Source of the DNA: an uncultured Geobacter sp. | GTDB lineage: Bacteria > Desulfobacterota > Desulfuromonadia > Geobacterales > Geobacteraceae | NCBI GenBank assembly: GCA_964490805.1 | Contig: CAZBEB010000008.1 | Coordinates: 90,512-154,511, forward strand | DNA: 64,000 nucleotides | Direction of reading: 5' to 3' | Shown here: one piece after another, positions 58,296 to 64,000 of the stretch | Numbering within the stretch: position 1 is the first letter of the stretch | Layout of the letters: each line of letters opens with the position of its first letter | Program-made: the position numbers and the translations under genes | Notes under the pieces: model-generated | The model's input: the letters and a program-made list of their open reading frames with translations, nothing else | Database searches by the model: none | What the model was told of the DNA's origin: nothing

Positions 58296-58472
58296 TCACT
58301 CTAGTTCATCCGCCTGTTCATCCAGCAGAACTTCACGCCCCATTTGATAGCCAGCTTTCCATGCTTGTTTCAACTCCGTCAGGTACGGCAGAGTTTTCCA
58401 GCGCGGAGTATCATCGATGGTGTTGTTTCCGAAGGTGGCTTTTGCCCAATCTTCAAATAGTTTTTCTGGCAT
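58296..58472 (-). CDS. hypothetical protein (58 aa)
   Basis: The start is set at MPEKLFEDW, preceded by AAAGGAGAA. The longer upstream ORF overlaps the neighbouring gene. Confidence 0.45.
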   Translation of the reverse strand: MPEKLFEDWAKATFGNNTIDDTPRWKTLPYLTELKQAWKAGYQMGREVLLDEQADELE

Positions 58473-58773
58473 TATTCTTTCTCCTTTGCGCGGTTGCCCT
58501 GTTGTTTCTTCGTGTCCCCGTGTTGGCGACATTGTAAACAGCATGATCCTCCAGCGGAGCGAAACAACCGGGTAGCGTTGTGCCGTCTCTGCCCGCCACG
58601 GAGTAGGCCACTGTCGGCTGTGTTTCCGGCGAGACGCCAGCCAGGTCACAGAGCTCCCGGTAGGAGATAGTCGGGCCGGGTGCAACGCAGCGGAATCGAC
58701 CGTTGACGATGATTGGCATCCCTTTGCCATGTACGTTTACTGCCGATCCGAATGTTCCAGTATTGGTGCTCAT
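58453..58773 (-). CDS. small beta-grasp-like protein, possibly multiubiquitin-domain family
   Basis: PIIVNGRFRCVAPGPTISYRELCDLAGVSPETQPTVAYSVAGRDGTTLPGCFAPLEDHAVYNVANTG resembles the I.VNG....ISY.EL..LA......TV.Y.....G.L.PG..V...D..VF.V..T pattern I recall for that family. Confidence 0.4.
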   Translation of the reverse strand: MSTNTGTFGSAVNVHGKGMPIIVNGRFRCVAPGPTISYRELCDLAGVSPETQPTVAYSVAGRDGTTLPGCFAPLEDHAVYNVANTGTRRNNRATAQRRKNNARKTI

Positions 58774-58937
58774 TCCGTTTTCCTCTCTTCACGTAAGGCT
58801 GTCCGGGCCTTTTCGCACCAGAGGCAATTACATTCCACCCGCGGGCCAAATCCGGACATGAAGTTTTTCAACTGCCGATGCTCTTCAATATAGGCTTCCG
58901 CGACCTCCTCCAGAAGTACAGTCCGTGCGTCACTCAT
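58770..58937 (-). CDS. hypothetical protein (55 aa from MSDARTVLL; longer form to 58982 possible)
   Basis: ATGAGTGA-type overlap with the upstream gene stop, and ATGA overlap with the downstream gene. Confidence 0.4.
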   Translation of the reverse strand: MSDARTVLLEEVAEAYIEEHRQLKNFMSGFGPRVECNCLWCEKARTALREERKTE

Positions 58938-59619
58938 CCTCGCCCACCCGGATCGGTCGGGCGTATCGGTCCATTGCCGCATCTACCAGCCCGACGCCGT
59001 AGGCGATGAGGGCCGGGGCCTTCTGCGGATCGCCTCCCACCATTCGGATGATTTCGACGGCGCCGGCACGGAAGATGTTTTTCAGGTCGCTGCGCAGGTA
59101 GACGATCCTCTTGGCGTGCTCAATTTCGACGTCGGATTTCTTGATGAGTTCTCCGGACGTCTCCCGCAATTTCATTTCCCGTTGCAGACGGTCAGCGCGG
59201 ATCCTGCCGACCTCCTCCATGATCTTCTGCTCTTGGAGAGATGGACCGGCAGCAACGGTGCCGGGGGTGCCATCTTCTTTGCGCAGATGGAGACGGGCGT
59301 ATTCGATGACGTTGGCCGGCCGGAAGGTGCCGTCCGGTTCAGCATGGAGCTTCCCGCTGTTGATATCGTCGTACAGCTTGGTCTTAGCGATCTTCCAGTT
59401 ATCGCCCTGGAGGTATTCAAGGACTTTCGTTACGCCATCGAAGACCGGCTCCGTCGGCTCGGGTTCGTGCCGGGCCTTGAGGAATTCGGCAAGGGCGTCC
59501 TCGGCCGCCTTGTGGGCTTTGCGGTTGGCGACGGTGGGGCGCTTAAGGGCGAGTTCATACGCCGTGCGCGCCGCGGCTCTGAGGCGCTCTTCTTCCTGGT
59601 CAAGGTCGGTATCGGTCAT
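58930..59619 (-). CDS. hypothetical phage protein (229 aa), weak Nu1-like small-terminase resemblance
   Basis: The segment RIRADRLQREMKLRETSGELIKKSDVE recalls the Nu1 central helix pattern. This is recollection only. Confidence 0.4.
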   Translation of the reverse strand: MTDTDLDQEEERLRAAARTAYELALKRPTVANRKAHKAAEDALAEFLKARHEPEPTEPVFDGVTKVLEYLQGDNWKIAKTKLYDDINSGKLHAEPDGTFRPANVIEYARLHLRKEDGTPGTVAAGPSLQEQKIMEEVGRIRADRLQREMKLRETSGELIKKSDVEIEHAKRIVYLRSDLKNIFRAGAVEIIRMVGGDPQKAPALIAYGVGLVDAAMDRYARPIRVGEDE

Positions 59620-59801
59620 TTCTGCTGCCTCTTCTCATCTTGCCGGGACTTCCATTCTTCGGCTTGTTTCCAGAATTCGGCCATGTTGACCAAGATGCGA
59701 TTGTTGAGGGTATCAATCGTGATCCTGATGTTATCGGCCCGGTACATGGCCCAAAAGTATCCTATGGCGAAGCCGAGTATTGTGCAGCCGATTTCACTCA
59801 T
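59616..59801 (-). CDS. small membrane protein (61 aa)
   Basis: One TM helix (CTILGFAIGYFWAMY) is present. The gene is coupled to its neighbours by ATGA overlaps. Confidence 0.45.
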   Translation of the reverse strand: MSEIGCTILGFAIGYFWAMYRADNIRITIDTLNNRILVNMAEFWKQAEEWKSRQDEKRQQK

Positions 59802-61104
59802 CGCGTCCCTCGCACAGGCCGGGACTGCACGATAACCTTGCCGGTGCCGTTGCAGAGCTTGCAGCCTTTACCTTCGCATGATGGACAGGTGACTTTTTGC
59901 ATAGGTGCCTCCTTAAAATAGGGACAGTTGCTGCGTGGGCCGGATTAACCACCCGTTGCGGCATGACCACTTCAACCCGCTCATCCCATCCGCTGTGATC
60001 GCACGGCAGTAACACAAGGGCGGATTGATCATCCTTGTATTTGATGACGATATCCTTAGATGTCTTTTCCAGCGATCTGAGCGCATCGACCAGAAAGGCC
60101 GGGGATATCCGCATTTGTAACGACTCTCCACCGACTTCAGCCGGGACCAGATCCATGGAGCGGCCGGCTTCGTTCTCGGCACTGATCAGGATGTCGCCAC
60201 TGATGCCATCATCGCCCTGTTTGATGTCGAGCATGATGCTGTCAGCGGCGGACAGGATATTCACCCGCTCGACAATAGCTGCGAGCTGCCCGGCTTCGAC
60301 CACGCAGCAGTAAGGGTAGCCGGTGGGTATGACTCGACGGAACGCGGGATAATCACCTTCCAGGAGCCGCACCAAAAGCGATATGCCCCGCTGGATAAAT
60401 GTGAGATCGTTGTCCCGGAGATATACGCCGGTGTTCCCGGTGTTTATTTTTTTCAGTTCCGCCAGGGCCTTGGCCGGGATGGTGATGCCGTTGGCGAAAG
60501 CCGTGCCGAATCCGGCTTCATCCCGTTTCCCGGCAACGGCTAACCGGGCTCCGTCAGTAGCCGCGGCTACCAGGACATCATTTTCGGCCCGCAGGTGCAG
60601 CCCGCCCAACAGATGGTTTTTCCCGCGCTTGTCGAGGGCGTGGGCACACGCGGCGTGCAGCTCGGGGACCAAGTCCCCGGCACAATAGAAATCGGCGACA
60701 CCGTCGGGAAGGACGATGCTCGGGAAGTGCTCGTCCGGGTCAACACAGGGAATGATGCCCTCGTAATCGTTGCACACCACTTGGAGCCGCAGACCGTCAA
60801 GGGCGCTGAGGTCGATAAACGCATCCGGCAGCGACTTCACCAGGGCGGATAATTTGTGTGCCGGGACGCAGACCGTGCCGCCGGCTTCGATCTGTTCGTC
60901 GTCGTGGAGTTCTATTCCAGAGACGATACTGATGTTGAGATCGGTGGCACCACAGGTCACACGCGGGCCGCCGGCACACAGGAGAAAGTAGGGGTGCATC
61001 CGCCCAACAGCTCCCTCGGCACGGTTGAGGAGATACTGTAGGTGGTGCTGCCGCAGCCGCACCTTCATCAACGCTGCCGGTTCTATGTTTCCCTCTTTGC
61101 TCAT
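59794..61104 (-). CDS. DNA polymerase III beta sliding clamp (DnaN)-like protein, phage-encoded
   Basis: The GATDLNISIV...VCVPAHKLSALVKSLP pattern matches DnaN domain I. A DnaN-like C-terminal VVMPQRV occurs about 51 codons before the actual stop codon. Confidence 0.7.
   Translation of the reverse strand: MSKEGNIEPAALMKVRLRQHHLQYLLNRAEGAVGRMHPYFLLCAGGPRVTCGATDLNISIVSGIELHDDEQIEAGGTVCVPAHKLSALVKSLPDAFIDLSALDGLRLQVVCNDYEGIIPCVDPDEHFPSIVLPDGVADFYCAGDLVPELHAACAHALDKRGKNHLLGGLHLRAENDVLVAAATDGARLAVAGKRDEAGFGTAFANGITIPAKALAELKKINTGNTGVYLRDNDLTFIQRGISLLVRLLEGDYPAFRRVIPTGYPYCCVVEAGQLAAIVERVNILSAADSIMLDIKQGDDGISGDILISAENEAGRSMDLVPAEVGGESLQMRISPAFLVDALRSLEKTSKDIVIKYKDDQSALVLLPCDHSGWDERVEVVMPQRVVNPAHAATVPILRRHLCKKSPVHHAKVKAASSATAPARLSCSPGLCEGRDE
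59798..59902 (-). CDS. 34-aa DnaJ-type zinc-finger microprotein (CxxCxGxG x2), not in ORF track
   Basis: I translated this ORF by hand: MQKVTCPSCEGKGCKLCNGTGKVIVQSRPVRGTR. An AAGGAGG site lies 6 nt upstream of the ATG. Its TGA stop forms an ATGA overlap with the start of the next gene. Confidence 0.5.
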   Translation of the reverse strand: MQKVTCPSCEGKGCKLCNGTGKVIVQSRPVRGTR

Positions 61105-61180
61105 AAAATCCCCCTCTTAATTGTTCCAGTCATCTCTTCGCCCCTCCCCCTCCGCGCCGCGCGCCCTTTGTATCCCTAGG

Positions 61181-61579
61181 CTATACGGGCAAGGCAGGTG
61201 TAGACGCCCTGAACACGGCCAAGTGCCGTTCGGTGAGCTCTACCCGCTCCAGCATGTCCCGCACACAGCCGGCGGACTTGCCGAGTTGCCGCGCGATGTC
61301 GGCCGGTTTCCGGTCCGAGCAGGCCAGGAGCAGCAACCTGACGAATTCCTCCGGCTCCCATGCGGTACCGGCTAGGGGCGTGACCGACCTGGGGCGAAAG
61401 GTGCGATCGCACGCCCGGCAGTAGGTACGATCCATGGCATCGAATGCAGCAAGCGCCCGCTCGCCCGTGATCGGAGCCCCGCAGGCCGGGCAGACTACCC
61501 CGCCCGGCAAGTACCGCCGGACGATCCAGCGCCAGGCGGCGGGACGGGATACTATGTCAAGGATGTCTTCGAGCTGCAT
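61181..61579 (-). CDS. zinc-ribbon plus HTH DNA-binding protein
   Basis: CPACG...CRAC forms a zinc ribbon resembling an IS1595-type transposase N-domain. The HTH is PADIARQLGKSAGCVRDMLER. Confidence 0.5.
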   Translation of the reverse strand: MQLEDILDIVSRPAAWRWIVRRYLPGGVVCPACGAPITGERALAAFDAMDRTYCRACDRTFRPRSVTPLAGTAWEPEEFVRLLLLACSDRKPADIARQLGKSAGCVRDMLERVELTERHLAVFRASTPALPV

Positions 61580-61763
61580 GGCGGTACCTTTCTTGCTGGA
61601 TTTACGGGAGGTTCCGAAATTCCGGATCTCGAAAAACTTGAATCACGCGCGAAGTCTGCGCGCTCGCTCGCCCGTTGGGGGGGTACCCCCCTCCGGGAGG
61701 ACCCGCGATTGGACCCGCCCGTTGGGGTGGGTCGCCGAGTTGGACCCCACATCTTGTGTGCAG

Positions 61764-62366
61764 TCACCGTGCTCCCCGGTTGAGGTAGAACTCCAGCTCG
61801 TGCCAGAAGACCCGCTCCAGGTCCTCGTCGATCTTGCGGACGATGGCGTCGTTGATGCCGACCTGGTGGAACATAGAGGCCACGGAGACGGCGCTCTTGA
61901 CCAGGATGGGGTAACGGCTCTTGCTGGTGCGGGTGAGGATGCCGAGGTGGCCGCTCTTGAAGCGCTGGAAGAACGCGCTCTTCAGTTGGGTGCGCTGCCC
62001 CTTGAGCACCTCCACCTCCACGCCCTGGAACTTGCTGGCCCGCTTCCTTATCGTCACCTTGGCCCTGGTGATGACCCGGGCCCCGCTGAACTGCCTGGCG
62101 CTGAAATAGGAGAGAGATACCGACTTCCCGCCAATCTTCAGTTCCGCCTCCAGGTTGTTGATCCGGCCCGTGAAGAGTTCCAGCCGCTGATCAAGGACTG
62201 CCTTCGGCACGTTGTAGAGCTTGCGGATCTCTTCCGAGGTGAGACTCCTGGCCGACTTCACAACCTTGTTCATCGTGCTCCGGATCGCCGCCTTCACGTC
62301 CTGGATCGTCTCTTCGGTGGCCGCGTCAAACGCTTCCTCGAACCCCTGGAACCAGAACCGCATCAA
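61764..62366 (-). CDS. lambda gpZ-like (minor tail protein Z family) protein
   Basis: SAFFQRFKSGHLGILTRTSKSRYPILVKSAVSVASMF...LERVFWHELEFYL parallels lambda Z AFIQQLKNGRWHVMQRVAGKNRYPIDVVKIPMAV...LPKELGYALQHQL. The lambda sequence is from memory. Confidence 0.5.
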   Translation of the reverse strand: MMRFWFQGFEEAFDAATEETIQDVKAAIRSTMNKVVKSARSLTSEEIRKLYNVPKAVLDQRLELFTGRINNLEAELKIGGKSVSLSYFSARQFSGARVITRAKVTIRKRASKFQGVEVEVLKGQRTQLKSAFFQRFKSGHLGILTRTSKSRYPILVKSAVSVASMFHQVGINDAIVRKIDEDLERVFWHELEFYLNRGAR

Positions 62367-62587
62367 TGCACCCCCTGGCTTGCCTGCATCTTCTCCATGA
62401 GTCTGCCGATCACCTCAGTGAAGGTATCCAGGGCCAAGGGCTTGGCGTTCAGTTCAGCGCAGAACTCCACATAACCGAGATGCAGCGCCGCCATCGATAC
62501 CACACCGCGCAACCCCATTGGCGCCTTGACTATGAACGCCGTCAGCACATCGATATCCTCATCTGAAAACACGCTCTGCTTTAGCAT
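62363..62587 (-). CDS. hypothetical protein (74 aa)
   Basis: The start is set at MLKQSVFSDEDID. It has an ATGA overlap with the gpZ-like gene. Confidence 0.4.
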   Translation of the reverse strand: MLKQSVFSDEDIDVLTAFIVKAPMGLRGVVSMAALHLGYVEFCAELNAKPLALDTFTEVIGRLMEKMQASQGVH

Positions 62588-62600
62588 TGTCTGCCCCCGC

Positions 62601-62896
62601 TGTCCGGCTTGTCCGGTTGGTGTCCGGATGTTTCGGTACCGACCGGACACAATTTATTCAACCATTCCGCTACCTTATTTTATTTGTCCGGCTTGTCCGG
62701 ATAAATAACAAATCCCAAGAGGATTTATACAACATCGTGCAAACGCTCCTTAATGATACGCACGCGTGTGCGCGTACATGAGGCAATAGAAAATCCCCCG
62801 GACAAACCGGACAAACTCGCCCAATCCGCTACCGTAGCGCGTTTACAATGTCCGGTTCGTGTCCGGTTGGCCCAAATGAACCGGACGGAACGGACA
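62601..62896. repeat. iteron cluster: TGTCCGG / CCGGACA heptamers plus AT-rich tract (candidate replication origin)
   Basis: TGTCCGG occurs at 62601, 62610, 62621, 62685, 62694, 62849 and 62860. CCGGACA occurs at 62643, 62798 and 62807, with degenerate copies at 62881 and 62890. The region is non-coding and adjoins the primase-helicase gene. Confidence 0.8.
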
Positions 62897-62941
62897 TTGC
62901 ATTAGCCGCTTTCACGGTCGGCACGACCCTTGCGAACACTC

Positions 62942-64000
62942 TCATGATCGGGCCTCCGGCCGGGGGGGGGCGGGGGAGGAGTCGCAAACGTCAGCCTCCA
63001 GCTTTTCGTCTACAACAGTGAACCCCGTATAGGCGTTCTTGCGCTCGGTTTCACCGAGCGAATTAATCACAACGTCTTTCTTGCCGTCCTTTATTGGGAT
63101 ATCGAGGTCCCGCAAGCACTTGAGGAATTCCTGCCGGAACATGGGCTCGCCAAGGGGCATCAGGTTCCACGACTTGCAGCGCTTCACGTAATCCTCGTAC
63201 ACCGCCGCCTTCACTTCCTTGCCCGCCGGATCGCGTTCAACGTGCCGCTCGATGTAGTAGAGCACGTTATTGTTGACCTGCTTATAGTCGTGGATGCTTG
63301 CAGCCATCGAGACGGTCTCCCTGAATCCTTCTTCACGAAGCATGACCAAACCCATCAATGCCCAGGCAAAAATCCCCGGTAGCTCCTCCAGGAGCTTATC
63401 CTTCAAGAAGATATCGGCCGTGCCGCCCTTCACGAACTGCCCCTCGAAGCGGATAATCATTATCTTGCGGAAAAATCCGTCCGAGTTGTCCAATATCTTC
63501 GGGAGGCGGTTCGTAGAGTAGACCAGCTTGCAGAACGGCACGAAATCGAACGGCGTCTGGTTCTTGAACGAGGCGCTGATCGGGTCCCCTGACACAATCG
63601 CCTTGATCTCCTGGGACTGCATTGCTTTGGACTCAATCTCCGTACTCATGTTGATGAGCTTGTCCACGAGCCGCGATAGGTAAAATTGATCCTCCAGGCG
63701 GCCCATGGGGATGTGAGAACAGTTGTTCTCCCCGACCAGTGCCCGCAGGATATTCATAAACGTAGATTTACCGTCGCCGCCCGGCCCGAACAGGATCAAC
63801 ATCTTCTCGTATCGCGTCTCGCGGGTCAGACAATATCCCGCAAACTTCTGAGCCTCCCTGGCTGATCCGGAGTCGCTGATCCACTGCTCCAGGCACCGCT
63901 TCCATGTCGGGCAATCCGGCACATTCTTCGGGTCGAAATCAATGGGCAGCATGTACGTTGCGTAACAGCCCTTCTCGTGGGGAGAAAGTTCTCCGGTCCG
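62942..64000 (-). CDS. P4/D5-family primase-helicase, C-terminal part (5' end off-window)
   Basis: The frame is open to the window edge. The Walker A is LFGPGGDGKSTF. The D5_N-like region is followed by a P4-type C-terminal domain pattern. Confidence 0.8.
   Translation of the reverse strand, partial: RTGELSPHEKGCYATYMLPIDFDPKNVPDCPTWKRCLEQWISDSGSAREAQKFAGYCLTRETRYEKMLILFGPGGDGKSTFMNILRALVGENNCSHIPMGRLEDQFYLSRLVDKLINMSTEIESKAMQSQEIKAIVSGDPISASFKNQTPFDFVPFCKLVYSTNRLPKILDNSDGFFRKIMIIRFEGQFVKGGTADIFLKDKLLEELPGIFAWALMGLVMLREEGFRETVSMAASIHDYKQVNNNVLYYIERHVERDPAGKEVKAAVYEDYVKRCKSWNLMPLGEPMFRQEFLKCLRDLDIPIKDGKKDVVINSLGETERKNAYTGFTVVDEKLEADVCDSSPAPPRPEARS

Larger units (their letters stand above)
36479..64000 (-). 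mobile_element. tailed prophage (lambda/HK97-like head and siphovirus-like tail modules), left end near tRNA-Leu, right end beyond window
   Basis: The block is contiguous, tightly packed and mostly on the minus strand. It carries tail fibre, tape measure, G/GT chaperones, lysis cassette, capsid, portal, terminase, methyltransferase, a repressor-type switch, a clamp and a primase-helicase. It starts abruptly after a tRNA gene. Confidence 0.85.

Noticed and set aside
61678-61691. I considered the G6-TA-C6 palindrome as a rho-independent terminator.
   Set aside because: A perfect palindrome with no loop nucleotides cannot form a stable RNA hairpin loop, and no T-run follows it on either strand.
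62601-62896. I considered whether the repeat cluster could be a CRISPR array.
   Set aside because: The repeats are only 7 bp, occur in both orientations and have irregular spacing of 9-150 bp. There are no cas genes. An iteron/origin interpretation fits better.

Overview
This is a high-GC (roughly 60% by eye) chromosome segment. Its gene content and order look Geobacter/Desulfuromonadales-like; that is my recollection of the synteny and has not been checked by a search. Positions 1-36.5 kb are ordinary core genome. They carry a Qor fragment, a GH13 amylase, a hemerythrin, a GGDEF cyclase, bioF-bioH-bioC behind a BirA-type operator, ArsR, two ABC ATPases with no permease nearby, a heme-motif HAMP-GAF-HD-GYP protein, spoIID, queA, tgt, yajC-secD-secF, recJ, and a CDF transporter. 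They continue with a three-gene cluster (REC-like membrane protein, LysM protein, GspE/MshE-like ATPase), then pheA-tyrA-aroA-cmk-ispH-rpsA-ihfB and tRNA-Leu(UAA). From about 36.5 kb to the window end there is a tailed prophage, almost entirely on the minus strand, inserted just downstream of the tRNA. In transcription order it carries a P4/D5-type primase-helicase (partial), an iteron-rich candidate origin, and a DnaN-like clamp. Next comes a lower-GC accessory block holding a divergent promoter/operator switch, an XRE regulator and a small C5 methyltransferase. After that come a GpA-type large terminase, a lambda-type portal, a protease-capsid fusion, head-tail genes, an embedded lysis cassette, a tail tube gene, G/GT chaperones with an A_AAA_AAC slippery site, a tape measure, a 966-aa repeat-bearing tail protein and a low-GC tail fibre. 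No integrase, second att site, CRISPR array, rRNA or IS element is visible in the window. I found no clearly novel multi-gene system. The items most worth follow-up are the candidate origin, the operator switch with its accessory block, the nested protease/capsid gene, the clamp with an overlapping micro-ORF, and the heme-linked c-di-GMP phosphodiesterase. All family assignments come from motifs read by eye; no database search was run.
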